This document shows, one piece after another, positions 18,560 to 29,239 of a stretch of 64,000 nucleotides of DNA. The stretch is from a virus. Taxonomy: Duplodnaviria > Caudoviricetes. Within the stretch, counting starts at the first letter, position 1, and every line of letters starts with the position of its first letter. The stretch covers positions 1-64,000 of IMG/VR virus record IMGVR_UViG_3300037400_002947; one strand, given 5' to 3'. A program made the translations under genes and the position numbers. Below the pieces are notes generated by a model that saw only the letters and a program-made list of their open reading frames with translations, searched no databases and was not told where the DNA came from.

Positions 18560-20760
18560 CCTGCGCCGGATTTCAGCTTGCCCCAGCCGTTCTTCTCCTC
18601 TACGATTGTATAAATTCCCATATCTTTAATGACGCCAGCTTTGGGATAGCTTACCCCAGGCCCTTGCCGGAAATTCAGCGACGGGTCGGTTATCTTTACC
18701 ATGTACGGTACAGATGAGAGAGGGTAAAGCTTATTTCCTTTTTCGTCGAAAACAGAGTAGCCGTCCGGACATGCGTTAATTGCATTGTCGAGAGAGCGGT
18801 AAGCGCCCATCTGAGACGCGGCGTCTTCCCACGTCTTGCGGACACGATACCATCTGTCCTGTGACTGATCCGATATTTCCTTTTGCTCTTCTGACGCTTT
18901 TGCGCCGTCCTTCAACACGACTACGGTGTGTCCGGCAGTCTTTGTGATAAGGATGTCTCCGCGAAGATTGCGGTCACTCACCGTGCAATGTTCGTCATCT
19001 TTCAGAATCTCAAACTGTCCCGTCTCCTTCAGAATGTCCGCCATATTTCCGGTAAAGAAGTCTCCAACTTGAATTCCGGCGTAAAGCACTCCAAGCCTGA
19101 CAAGCTGAGCGCAGTTCGTGGAAGTTGGTTCGGAAACCTTTGAAAGGTCGTAGTTGTATTTTTCTGCCACGGCGGTCAGGTCTCTGCTCTTTGAGGAATC
19201 GTCGTAACCAATATTGCGATTGTCGCAAGCCGCCTGCATAGACTTGGCAATCTTTTCACGAATCGCCGCAGACTTTGCACGAGCCACGACCCATCCTTTC
19301 TGATGCAGATACCACAGTTGAGTAGACACTTCTTTTCCGGTCTGGTCTCCTGGAGCGCCGCCAGAATACGTGCCGTACTCATTGGTTCTCGCAGAACCGA
19401 TGATGACAGAATTATTATAAAGATTCGTCAGCTTTGCCTTTGACGCATTGCCGTACAGACCGTCTGCCACAAGACCGTAGTCCATCTGGAAATCTTTCAG
19501 CGCCAGTTCCGTTCCGTTTCCGAAGTCGCCGTCAGCGCCGACTGCGCCGCAAGGATAGCCAACAGCAATGAGAAGCTTTTGCATAGCCGTGACTTCTGCG
19601 CCTTTGTCTCCTTTGGAGAGGTAGGATTTTTGAGTAGAAGATGGTTTCGTAGAGCCATCGTATCCTTGCCAGATTTTTTTCTTAAACTCTTCGAACGACC
19701 AGTTACGGTGACCTTTTTCATTGGGGCTTTGGTATCCTGCTCGAAGTACCCAGGGTGCAGGACAGGGCTTATTTGTGATAGAATTATGGATTAAAATTCG
19801 CTTATTTACTGATGCTTCCGACACGCCGTAGCCGCGCATCTCAAGCCAGTATCTGGCTAGTTTGACAGCGGCCTCCTGCGTAGCCATATGGAACCACCAA
19901 TTGTCATCAATTTCTTTTCCTGCTCCATCACATTCGCATCCCATCTCTACTGATTCGGTATTGTAGTTTGTCCACGGAGTACCCTTCAAACCCCATCCGC
20001 CAGAGCCGACAGCCCATACGACGCCGCCTTCTTTGACACTGTGATATATATCACCCTTTCGACTTATGTACCATTGTCCGCCATAACCGCCATTGTAGAG
20101 GTTTGGATTATCCGCAGCCTTCACGCCGAGATAGTGGAAGACCAGAGCCTCGCGCGTGTTACCCCACTTCGGCGGCGTGTTGTTTTTGGTGTTGTCGATT
20201 ATCTTTATTGTTTCACTCAATTTATTCCCTCCTTCCGCATAATCAAATGTGGTCAGATTGTTATCATTTATGATTCTCATGACGGACTTCGAGTAGTTGG
20301 GATCTGTGGCATAGCCAAGCTTATTCACGGCAGTAATCAGTTTCTCCGGATCAGAGACACCAATCACGGAGTCGCGATACTTTGGTGTTCCGCCGACTGA
20401 GTATGCCGCATAAGTCATGAATAAACAGTAGTCTTCAAAGCATTGCTCGAAGCTTTTATATGCTCGGAAGTAGTCATCGATTCTGACGTACTTGCCCCCA
20501 TAAACCTCTGGTGTGTTCTTGAGAAATTTTTCCCCGTTCCAGACTGTTTTGTCGGCCCACGATTTGTTAAGAAGCTCCGCTTTTATTCCAAGCAGATTGT
20601 TGTGGTTGACGAGAATCTCGCAGGACTTGTCCATGCCATAGCCGTTTTCAAGACAAGCCTGCGCAATAAGAACTGACGGTAAGTAATGATATTTAGTTCC
20701 CATTGACACTGCCGCCGGAGCAACTGCGGTTATGAATTCTTGCTTTGAATTGTAAAGCAT
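18526..20760 (-). CDS. Multi-domain endolysin: GH73 glucosaminidase, Amidase_2, PG_binding_1, Cys/His peptidase-like domain and SH3b
   Basis: AQACLENGYG, NNLLGIK, GYATDP; FHY, VWAVG, KPCP; GADGDFG; TNCAQLV..GDIL..HT; GWGKLKSGAGWI. Confidence 0.88.
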   Translation of the reverse strand: MLYNSKQEFITAVAPAAVSMGTKYHYLPSVLIAQACLENGYGMDKSCEILVNHNNLLGIKAELLNKSWADKTVWNGEKFLKNTPEVYGGKYVRIDDYFRAYKSFEQCFEDYCLFMTYAAYSVGGTPKYRDSVIGVSDPEKLITAVNKLGYATDPNYSKSVMRIINDNNLTTFDYAEGGNKLSETIKIIDNTKNNTPPKWGNTREALVFHYLGVKAADNPNLYNGGYGGQWYISRKGDIYHSVKEGGVVWAVGSGGWGLKGTPWTNYNTESVEMGCECDGAGKEIDDNWWFHMATQEAAVKLARYWLEMRGYGVSEASVNKRILIHNSITNKPCPAPWVLRAGYQSPNEKGHRNWSFEEFKKKIWQGYDGSTKPSSTQKSYLSKGDKGAEVTAMQKLLIAVGYPCGAVGADGDFGNGTELALKDFQMDYGLVADGLYGNASKAKLTNLYNNSVIIGSARTNEYGTYSGGAPGDQTGKEVSTQLWYLHQKGWVVARAKSAAIREKIAKSMQAACDNRNIGYDDSSKSRDLTAVAEKYNYDLSKVSEPTSTNCAQLVRLGVLYAGIQVGDFFTGNMADILKETGQFEILKDDEHCTVSDRNLRGDILITKTAGHTVVVLKDGAKASEEQKEISDQSQDRWYRVRKTWEDAASQMGAYRSLDNAINACPDGYSVFDEKGNKLYPLSSVPYMVKITDPSLNFRQGPGVSYPKAGVIKDMGIYTIVEEKNGWGKLKSGAGWINLKYSQKL

Positions 20761-20780
20761 TCTATTTTCTCCAATATTTA

Positions 20781-21281
20781 TTAGATGGGTTCAGAACTAT
20801 CGTCTATGATAAGCGTTCCTTGCCCAGTAATGACTAAGTACCATTTGTCAGAAGAATGATCGATGGTAATTGTGTTGTCGCTCGTATAAACATTAACGCC
20901 ATCTTCTTGCATATAGCCAAGAGCCATCTTGCTCTGCGGATCCAGTAGGACTTCGATGTCCAGCTGATCGCCTTCATTAACAGTAACGAACCCAGCAAAT
21001 GCACGACCATCGTTTGATACATATGCGTAAGGAACGCTAATATTAATGTTCTGGTTCGAACTGTTCATCACTTTAATCCTTGCCGTCTTGACGTCCGCGC
21101 CGCCGCTCGGCTGAAATCCTGCGTCAACAGCATTCTGCAACACCGCAGATACGGTAGAGCCAGATGAGTCGATGCCGTTCGCGCGGAAGAATGCCCGAAG
21201 TGTTTCCACTTCGGACATCCCTTCGAGATCAAGCCCGTATACTGCTTTGAAGTAGTTTCTAAGAGCCTTTGCTTTAGTCAT
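20781..21281 (-). CDS. Putative virion accessory protein, paralog of 8141-8647
   Basis: Shared N-terminal ~60 aa; divergent beta-rich C-terminus. Confidence 0.7.
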   Translation of the reverse strand: MTKAKALRNYFKAVYGLDLEGMSEVETLRAFFRANGIDSSGSTVSAVLQNAVDAGFQPSGGADVKTARIKVMNSSNQNINISVPYAYVSNDGRAFAGFVTVNEGDQLDIEVLLDPQSKMALGYMQEDGVNVYTSDNTITIDHSSDKWYLVITGQGTLIIDDSSEPI

Positions 21282-21624
21282 TGATGGTCCCCCTCTCATT
21301 CATCGCCTGAACGGCCGCCTCAATCAGCTGACTGATTTCTTCGTCGGTGAGAGTGATGCCACTCTGAGCAAACATCTTTTTGATGTACTCGATGGCGACA
21401 GCTTTCTTGTCCTCGCCGTGGATTTCTTCGCCGACGGTCTGCTCAACTGCTCTGACGACGGCATCGATGATGTCTGCCGCCCACGCCCATTTGGTGCGAC
21501 GAAGCTGCGCCATCGCCTCTTCCTTTTTCGCCTTCAGATACGGCAGAAGAGTGCGCGCAATGATTCCGCAGATGGTTACCACGAGTGCCATAAGAACATT
21601 AAATACAAGATTATTCATATTCAT
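21274..21624 (-). CDS. Holin, LL-H family
   Basis: N-terminal TM helix, VRAVEQ, GEDKK and LIEAAVQAMN motifs. Confidence 0.85.
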   Translation of the reverse strand: MNMNNLVFNVLMALVVTICGIIARTLLPYLKAKKEEAMAQLRRTKWAWAADIIDAVVRAVEQTVGEEIHGEDKKAVAIEYIKKMFAQSGITLTDEEISQLIEAAVQAMNERGTIND

Positions 21625-21636
21625 TTTGAATTCTCC

Positions 21637-22032
21637 TTATACAAAATCATTTTTCTCAAGTCTTTCGGCATACACACGTTTGATATACTCAACAGTTGTC
21701 GCCGTCTTGTTATTCAAGAAATTGGGGTTTGCCGCACAAAAATTCTCGTATAAGTCGGTATCTATGAGGCACTGATCAAAGCTGTCTTTCGAGTGGGCCA
21801 TACCCTGTCTTACCTCATCACCAAATCTCAAAATCCTGATACGAGAATGTACCGCTTCGCGCTCGTCACCCTTAGCTTCCATACGGTCAAGACGAGCAGC
21901 AAGGTCTTTGATGCTCTTTGTTAGCTCATCGTAGCGCTTGTTGTGCTCGTCCTTCCGGTGTATTAAAAATTCTATAAAACCAAGAAAGCTTCCTCCTAAG
22001 AGGAAGCCTACTATGGACAAAAGTATTTGCAT
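21637..22032 (-). CDS. Membrane-anchored lysis-module protein
   Basis: N-terminal TM helix, coiled coil and RIRILRFGDE motif. Confidence 0.65.
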   Translation of the reverse strand: MQILLSIVGFLLGGSFLGFIEFLIHRKDEHNKRYDELTKSIKDLAARLDRMEAKGDEREAVHSRIRILRFGDEVRQGMAHSKDSFDQCLIDTDLYENFCAANPNFLNNKTATTVEYIKRVYAERLEKNDFV

Positions 22033-22097
22033 GAGATTAGCCCTTTCGTAAATCAATCATTATGCTTTCATTGTGATCCTAATCTCGTTCATTATTA

Positions 22098-22319
22098 TTA
22101 TTCTTCGGTCAGCTGAGGTGCGTGTTCGTAACTCTTCGACAGAAGATGATTGCCGTTAGAGTAGCACAGCATTGCCGCATGAAGCGGAACGCTAGAGACT
22201 GCCGCCGCAGAAAGTACCAGATAGTATTTGCTTTCTGCTTCATTTCTGGTCTGATGCTGAGTTACGAGTGTTGAGACGGTTCCGTCTGCCGCCGTTTGAA
22301 TTTCAATTACTAAAAACAT
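22098..22319 (-). CDS. Hypothetical protein after the tail fibre
   Basis: 73 aa; SD AAGGAGG. Confidence 0.7.
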   Translation of the reverse strand: MFLVIEIQTAADGTVSTLVTQHQTRNEAESKYYLVLSAAAVSSVPLHAAMLCYSNGNHLLSKSYEHAPQLTEE

Positions 22320-22330
22320 TTTAATCCTCC

Positions 22331-25300
22331 TTATGCGGGCTTGTAGATGAATAGCACATCTAGCGCAGCGCCGCTTGCAATTGCGGTTCCTGATTGTACA
22401 CCTAAAGCCCCGTTACCAGAACTTATCCAGCCTTGGATATTGAACGTAGCCCCAGATCGGACAAAAACCACAGAGTCAATGATTGGATGCGGGCTTACGG
22501 TGCCTATTATGTACGAAGTAGACGCCGCAAATTGTTTTGCAGTTGTAACGCGAAGCGTTCCAATAACCATTTCATTGGCATATGTTAGATTATTATAGCC
22601 ATTTTCAACGTTACGGGCATTGCTTGTATTAACAGTAAAAGTTGGTTTAGCATCAACACCAATTGTGGCCCATTCAGTCCATCCTCCACCGCCATAGCTT
22701 CTCGCCATTATACAATGTGCGGCTCTTGACCAAGCAATCTGCAATCTTGATTTTGATGATAAAGTGTTTCCTCCGGATATCACGCATAGAGAAAAATATG
22801 GGTTTGAAAGTGTGGTATAGCTTACAGATGCAAATGGCCCGTTCGTTAATGTTGGAGTCACATCTGAACTACTATAATACAACCCAGGAGTCATATAGTC
22901 GTCCAGATCAGCATTTTGCTGAATATCCGTAGCAGATTTTGAGACACATGAATACACATCATTAATTAATATGTTTCCGCCCCAAGATATATCTAGTAAA
23001 TCAGATCTATGTGAGTCGTTGGTTCCATTTCCAATAATAACCGCATGGTTTCCTTCAGCGTCGGCGACATTGTATTTTCCTAACGCTGTCTGAGCTTTAG
23101 AAGAAGCAATCGTGCCAATATTTTGAGCATGAGCGGCTATGGTTTCATATGACTTACCGCCAGAAGCAACAGTTTGATATCCTTCGGCATGACTGAATCC
23201 AGATGAACTAGTAGTTCCGTAACCCTCAGCGTGGCTCATATTCCCAGAAGCAACATTTGAATATCCTTCTGCCTTAGATATCCAACCAGATGCAGTATTG
23301 TCAACGCCCTCTGTCATACTCATTCTTCCGATATTTCCAGAAGAATTTCTTGATCCGAACGTATATGCCTTTGTGTCTTGATTAGCAGTTTTTGCAACTA
23401 CTATAATCTCTGACCCACTAGCTGGCGCAGAATCAAACGTTATACCGCCTACATCTTGTACATAATCGGTAGTTGCTACGCCGTCAATCGTTGCCGATAC
23501 AATAGACCAACTAACGCTTAAATCCAGACGGTAAAACGTTGTTGTACCATCCCCTACAAAATTATAGGTTAATGTAGCATAACCAGTATCATCCCTAAGA
23601 TCGCTTACATAAAAATATGCTTCTCCTTCTTTATCTATAAGCTGATAAGAATGATAGTCCAATTCGGCACGCATCTTTGAAGCAGATCCAAGCACTGTTA
23701 CATCACCAAATGAGGCGACCTGATTGTTACTTTTATACACCTGCATTCCGTTAGAATTAAGCTGCGAAAAGTTAACGTTCTGATTCGCCGTCTGCCCGTC
23801 ATAAACTCTAATGCCGTTCGTAGAGTCCACATAGGTAATATAATTTGTTGCGGTCTTTGCGGCGTCCGTTGCTTTTGTGTCGACGGTTGAAATTGCCCCG
23901 TCAACGTCTTCCGGAGCAACAGTCCAGTCAGTAGCTACATTGCCCAATTCAAACTTGATGTTTTTAATTTCAATTGGTCTCGTCGATGCGTTGCGAACGA
24001 ACTGGAACGATACGTATGAACTATCAACCAAGGCACTTTCCTGACCGAGTGTAATATCATCAGGAATCTTCTTAGTTATTGAATACCGATGCCAATCTGT
24101 TCCTTGTGAGTCGAGATTAAATGTCTGATATCTATCAGACCCAGAGCCAACGAGAGAATTAACCCTCGACGCAATCTGGACCATAAAGCATACACGAACC
24201 GGACCTGTTCCGTAACTTCCAGTTTCTAATTCACGGCAGTCGAAAGAGATTGTAAACTCGTTATTTTTATAGATTCCATACGGTAAGTAATCGATTTTAT
24301 ACTTAGCATTTGCCGACGAAGAAGCGGTCGGAGTCATCGTTAATACACTGTCAGCAACGGTGGCTCTTGCGAGAACCCAGTCGGACGCCGTCATTGCTCC
24401 TGTATTCCGAGCAAGATTCCTGCCACCAACATCCAGATTGTCAATCGCAGTCTTAGCCGCATCGCCGTTTGCAATAGATGTTTGAGTAGACGTATCCAAC
24501 TTTCCAATCGCAATAGATCCTGCGCCGATACGAGCGGCATCAAGCGTTCCGGTCGTTATTTTTCCTGCGTCAACCGTTGCAATTTTCGCATTTTGAATCG
24601 TAGCATCGGCAATCTTAGCGTTCGTAATAGCAAGGTCAGAGATTGCGTTCGTTCCAAACGTTTCAGCGACCCAAGACGAACCATTATAAGTGTACATCTT
24701 GTAGCCATCATCCATGTCGAACCATGTATCACCTGCGACATACGTTCCGCCAGAAGGCTGAGATGCTTGGTGGTAAACTTTGTTTTTGCCGTTAGCTGAT
24801 GTTAAAGCGGCATCGGCTGTACCTTGTGCGGCATCAGCCGCCGTTTGAGCAGCAACAGCTTTAGAATTCGCCGATGTATCTCCGAGTCTCCAATAAGTAC
24901 CGTCGAACGTGAATGCAACTGTCGATCCTGCAATCCAGTTGTAAGGACTGTTTGCGCTCAGAACTGCACCGTTTGCATAAATAGTCTTTGCACCAGTTGA
25001 GCTGATATTGAGCGTTGCAGATGCTACAGTATTGGCGTTTGTCATCTGAAGATTAACTGTTGTACCCTTACAAACCACGACTTGATTAATCGTTGAAACT
25101 TTTGCTGCGGTTCCTGCGGCTGTAGTGCAAGCACCGTAATACGTACATGGATGACCAACTGGAACCCACGCCGTTCCATTGTATGTGAATTGAATAGACG
25201 CTCCAGTTCCCCACAGGAAGAGATTTGAAGAGGATGCATTAGCGCCATCAAAATAAATGTTTTTTGCACCAAGAGAATTAACGTTTAGTGTCGGAGCGGC

Positions 25301-26710
25301 GGCAGTGTTAGCGGTAGAAAAGGTAATCATAATGGTAAGCCCAGAATACAATTCCTTTGCATCTGCGCATGCCACGCTTTTTGCGGCGGTTGATGCTGTG
25401 GTTGAGCAAGTGCCGTAAAGCATCTTGCCATCCTTCCCGGTGTATCTACTCCAAGTATAAGAGCCATATCCTGTCGGAGCGGTCGAAGATGTTCCGGTAT
25501 AAACACCTATATAAAGCGTGTCGTCTGTCGGCGTTTCTACCATCGGATTGCCATCAGAGTTTGTCGAATATCTAATAAATGTGTAATATGACGTTCCGTT
25601 CGTTCCGCTCTTACCCTGTTTTGATTTCGTATAAACTGAGTTACCACTTGAGAACGTTACTTTGGTCCAAAGCCAGTTTCCTTCCGCAACCGTAGGAGCA
25701 GTTGTAGCCGTGAAGGCACTGTCCGCAGGTTGAGTTTCAGTTGTACTGGTTGCATATGTAATTGACGAGATGGTAACGGATGTTCCCGCGAGAGCGAGAG
25801 AGTACGAGAACTTCATCGAGAAGCTTTTGCCGTCGACAGTTACCGGAACGGTGAGTACGCCGTTCTTCGTAACCATGCTCGTTGTCACGGTTACGGTGAA
25901 ATACGCCGACGTAGTTCCGCTCGACGTAATTGTTGTAGACATTCCGGTCGGAGCGCCAGAGATAGTGCCGATCGTTGCGGCAACCTGCGTCGCACCTTTA
26001 TACGCCACTACGTTACAGGTCGTACTTCCTGCAAGTGCAGCCGACGTTCCGCCTGCGAATGTATGATTTTCGTTTGTAAGGATGACGGTGTATGCATCTT
26101 CACCTTTACCGCCGGAAGTGCCGTCGCTTACGACTGGAACGATTTGCTGATCAAGCAGTGTAGCCGTTCCGCCAGCGACATAGAGCGAACATCTGACTGC
26201 TACAATTCCGCTCGGAATCGCATAGGTGTACGTCGCCGCATCCTGATTATATCTGTTTGTCCATGTTGAATTGTCAGTCGTCGTCTCAATCACGAGCCGT
26301 CCGGTGTAGTTCGCCATTGCGCCAGATCCGGTCTGTGATTTCGCCGTAAGGGTTATCTCGTCCGGCGTAAACGTTCCGTCCTCAGCCTTTACGATGGCGG
26401 CATGAGAGACGATGAGGCTGTACGCCGTAGCCGAAGCGCCCGTTGCGCCACGAAATGACACGCGAGGACCGAGATAGACATATGAGCCATCAACGTATCC
26501 TACCGGATAGTGATAGTAGCTGTACTCAAGAATGTCCCCAATGAGAACCTCGGTGACTCCTGCCTGAGACTTGACTGTCGCTAATGCGATTCTGTATGTC
26601 GGCGTAAAACCGCCAGTTGTTGTGGTGTAGGATGACGGCGCGGTCGTGATTTTGTAAATACCAGAACCGCGCATCTCGTCAGAAATGGTGATGGTTCCGT
26701 ATGCTAACAT
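22331..26710 (-). CDS. Large tail fibre / receptor-binding protein
   Basis: Collagen-like GxxG segments, two YG(T/A)CxTAAxTAAK modules, ITNAKI repeats, a carbohydrate-binding-like domain and YadA-head-like SHAEGY repeats. Confidence 0.8.
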   Translation of the reverse strand: MLAYGTITISDEMRGSGIYKITTAPSSYTTTTGGFTPTYRIALATVKSQAGVTEVLIGDILEYSYYHYPVGYVDGSYVYLGPRVSFRGATGASATAYSLIVSHAAIVKAEDGTFTPDEITLTAKSQTGSGAMANYTGRLVIETTTDNSTWTNRYNQDAATYTYAIPSGIVAVRCSLYVAGGTATLLDQQIVPVVSDGTSGGKGEDAYTVILTNENHTFAGGTSAALAGSTTCNVVAYKGATQVAATIGTISGAPTGMSTTITSSGTTSAYFTVTVTTSMVTKNGVLTVPVTVDGKSFSMKFSYSLALAGTSVTISSITYATSTTETQPADSAFTATTAPTVAEGNWLWTKVTFSSGNSVYTKSKQGKSGTNGTSYYTFIRYSTNSDGNPMVETPTDDTLYIGVYTGTSSTAPTGYGSYTWSRYTGKDGKMLYGTCSTTASTAAKSVACADAKELYSGLTIMITFSTANTAAAPTLNVNSLGAKNIYFDGANASSSNLFLWGTGASIQFTYNGTAWVPVGHPCTYYGACTTAAGTAAKVSTINQVVVCKGTTVNLQMTNANTVASATLNISSTGAKTIYANGAVLSANSPYNWIAGSTVAFTFDGTYWRLGDTSANSKAVAAQTAADAAQGTADAALTSANGKNKVYHQASQPSGGTYVAGDTWFDMDDGYKMYTYNGSSWVAETFGTNAISDLAITNAKIADATIQNAKIATVDAGKITTGTLDAARIGAGSIAIGKLDTSTQTSIANGDAAKTAIDNLDVGGRNLARNTGAMTASDWVLARATVADSVLTMTPTASSSANAKYKIDYLPYGIYKNNEFTISFDCRELETGSYGTGPVRVCFMVQIASRVNSLVGSGSDRYQTFNLDSQGTDWHRYSITKKIPDDITLGQESALVDSSYVSFQFVRNASTRPIEIKNIKFELGNVATDWTVAPEDVDGAISTVDTKATDAAKTATNYITYVDSTNGIRVYDGQTANQNVNFSQLNSNGMQVYKSNNQVASFGDVTVLGSASKMRAELDYHSYQLIDKEGEAYFYVSDLRDDTGYATLTYNFVGDGTTTFYRLDLSVSWSIVSATIDGVATTDYVQDVGGITFDSAPASGSEIIVVAKTANQDTKAYTFGSRNSSGNIGRMSMTEGVDNTASGWISKAEGYSNVASGNMSHAEGYGTTSSSGFSHAEGYQTVASGGKSYETIAAHAQNIGTIASSKAQTALGKYNVADAEGNHAVIIGNGTNDSHRSDLLDISWGGNILINDVYSCVSKSATDIQQNADLDDYMTPGLYYSSSDVTPTLTNGPFASVSYTTLSNPYFSLCVISGGNTLSSKSRLQIAWSRAAHCIMARSYGGGGWTEWATIGVDAKPTFTVNTSNARNVENGYNNLTYANEMVIGTLRVTTAKQFAASTSYIIGTVSPHPIIDSVVFVRSGATFNIQGWISSGNGALGVQSGTAIASGAALDVLFIYKPA

Positions 26711-26723
26711 AGTTCCACCTCCA

Positions 26724-29222
26724 TTAAATCGTTACCTGAACATCCGCCACAAGTTTGCCGTCGACCAAATCGCCGTCAATATAAATAATCTTTCCCGAAG
26801 TGGGAAGTGCGTTTCCGTTGACCGATGTCACTGTATTCCCGTCCTTGTCACGGAAACTCCATGCGTATGTACCAGTATACGCAGCTTCTGACGCACTAGC
26901 CTCCGCCCAAGATGTTGTATATTTCATAAGGACAACCTGCTTATTCGCAGTGTCAATCTTGTAATAATAATCGCCAGATGTCGCACTCGTCGGATTCGAC
27001 GTGAGGAAACGCTCTGACTTTATAATGTCGATTTCTGCGCCGTTCCTCGTAACCTTCGCATATACCGCTCCGGCCCCAGCACCGTTAACAAGCTGCGTAC
27101 CAACGGTCGAGATGACAGACACCTGAATCGGGTCGGTCTTATCAAACACCGAAAAGTATGCATAATACGGCTTGCTTTTATAGGTTGCGGTGCACCGGAA
27201 AGAAGCATAGCTTTCTACCGTAGATCCTGTGACCACGTAGGATGAAGAGGTAGCACCAGAAATATTGTTGTAGGATCCGTTCTGGAACTTCGCCCACTGC
27301 CAAGCCGTCGCACTGGATGTTACATCCGTCGAGCCGTCTGTCAGCATCGACTGAAGAGTGACGCTCGTTACGGTGTCGGTCACAATGTTCGAGCCATTCG
27401 GTGTATAAATCTGGAGCAAGATTGCATTCTCGCCGTTCTTCGCCGCCGTGTTTCTTGACCACGAATAGCTTTCAACAACCGTCCTGTTGCCCTTCGAAGA
27501 AGCTACGGTAAACGTGAGACTCAGTATGCCGCTCGCATTTGCAACGCTCGTTCCGGCAGTCAGTGCCCACGAGATAGAGCCGTCAGCCGAAGCAGTGGCA
27601 TTAGTGATGGACGGCGTCGTGCCGAGAAGCTCAACACGCGAAACGGTGCACGGAACTTTCGATGTTCCTTCGTACGCGGCGAACGGGATATAAACACTCT
27701 GGGCAGCCATCAGCTTGTTGTCATTCGTGCACGTCAGAACGTCAGCATAGTTTCCGAGAACAACGTTGATGGCAGATTCACCTGCCGGACCCGTCGCGCC
27801 AGTTCCACCAGTCTGACCGTCAGAAGTAACGACCGCAAGCTGCGAGTCGACGCGAGTCGTAAACGCGCCAGACTTGAAAAGCATGCAAAGGATCGATGTT
27901 GCACTCGTCGACGGAGTGTAGGTGTGAGACGATTCGTCTGCGCCAGAAGAGTAGTTCGGCGTCGGCTTCGGCGAAGCAGCATCATATTCTGCGAGAGTTA
28001 TGTTCTCAAAAATCCTAAAACGTCCAGAGTAAGGAGACTTCGTGTCGCCGCCTGTCTGCGAATATGCCGTAAACGTGACATTCCCAGGCGTGAACGTGTC
28101 GTGGATGTCCTTGTTGAGCGCCAGAGCGTCGGCTTCGACGGAGTAAATCGTTGGAGTCGTGCCGTCTGCACCGGACTGAACCTTGACCACAGAGAAGGTC
28201 TTTGTGATACTGTTGTATCCGCTCTTGGTACATGTAAACAGGACATTACCAGTCGCCGCATCCATATCCGTTACAGACACTGTATCGTTCGCTTTTGTTG
28301 TTGTTGATGCCGTCGCTGTGACATTCGTATAAGACTGTGCAATCGTCCACGTTGATGTGACATCACGTCCACCCTCGTAGATAATGATACGGGAGACAGC
28401 CGAAGAAAAGTCGCCAACTCCTGCACTGGAGTATGGAATCATCTGGTCGTCATTGGTGAGAACCCCAGACACGGTTGCTGAACCTGCCGCACCGTCTCTG
28501 AGCTTCGTGATGGTGTGGATGTCGTACGTTGACGCATCGCTCGTAACAAGCTTTACGACGCATTTGTCGTTTACAAAAGTTGTGTCGGCGGCGTTGACAG
28601 TAAGTGTGGTCGCAGTTCCAGAGTTCGGATAAGTCACCCACTGATTAGAGCCGTTCTTGTACTGCCATGCCGAAATTGATACGCCAGTAACGACGGCAGT
28701 CAGAACGATGCTTGAAGCGCCGACAATTGTTTGTGATGTATCGTACTTAAAAACGGTTTCGCCAGAGATATTGGCCGTCTTTGCGGCGCTCGCATTCCTA
28801 ACGAGAGAATACGTAATCTGTCCCTGAGCCGTAAGTAGTGTGCCAGACGACGGTTCACGATATGTCGCCGTCACGATATATGTGAGGAGCGTCGAACTGG
28901 ATGTGAACTGGTTCGCCGTAACCGACAGAATACCGCCATTAATAACGGTTTCGCCAGTCGTAAGGTCGGTCGCGCCAGACACGCCAACCTGTCTCTGCCA
29001 AGTAACGGTAAGACCAGTCGAACCGAGTGTAAGCGGATTTCCTGCATAATAAATCGCTGGGGTAACCTGAAGATTAGAGGACGCCCAGTTCGGAGTATAT
29101 ACATTCTGATCAGGATCATAAATGATAGAGAGCGGAAGATTGGACATTGGCTGTACGCTAAACTCACCAAGGTCTGTCACGTCCACAATCGTCAACGATC
29201 CATAAGCTACTGCTGTTGACAT
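26724..29222 (-). CDS. Minor tail structural protein (Ig-like repeats)
   Basis: Thr/Ser-rich beta domains linked by DG..G motifs; located in the tail-tip module. Confidence 0.7.
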   Translation of the reverse strand: MSTAVAYGSLTIVDVTDLGEFSVQPMSNLPLSIIYDPDQNVYTPNWASSNLQVTPAIYYAGNPLTLGSTGLTVTWQRQVGVSGATDLTTGETVINGGILSVTANQFTSSSTLLTYIVTATYREPSSGTLLTAQGQITYSLVRNASAAKTANISGETVFKYDTSQTIVGASSIVLTAVVTGVSISAWQYKNGSNQWVTYPNSGTATTLTVNAADTTFVNDKCVVKLVTSDASTYDIHTITKLRDGAAGSATVSGVLTNDDQMIPYSSAGVGDFSSAVSRIIIYEGGRDVTSTWTIAQSYTNVTATASTTTKANDTVSVTDMDAATGNVLFTCTKSGYNSITKTFSVVKVQSGADGTTPTIYSVEADALALNKDIHDTFTPGNVTFTAYSQTGGDTKSPYSGRFRIFENITLAEYDAASPKPTPNYSSGADESSHTYTPSTSATSILCMLFKSGAFTTRVDSQLAVVTSDGQTGGTGATGPAGESAINVVLGNYADVLTCTNDNKLMAAQSVYIPFAAYEGTSKVPCTVSRVELLGTTPSITNATASADGSISWALTAGTSVANASGILSLTFTVASSKGNRTVVESYSWSRNTAAKNGENAILLQIYTPNGSNIVTDTVTSVTLQSMLTDGSTDVTSSATAWQWAKFQNGSYNNISGATSSSYVVTGSTVESYASFRCTATYKSKPYYAYFSVFDKTDPIQVSVISTVGTQLVNGAGAGAVYAKVTRNGAEIDIIKSERFLTSNPTSATSGDYYYKIDTANKQVVLMKYTTSWAEASASEAAYTGTYAWSFRDKDGNTVTSVNGNALPTSGKIIYIDGDLVDGKLVADVQVTI

Positions 29223-29239
29223 TCATAATTCCTTTCATA

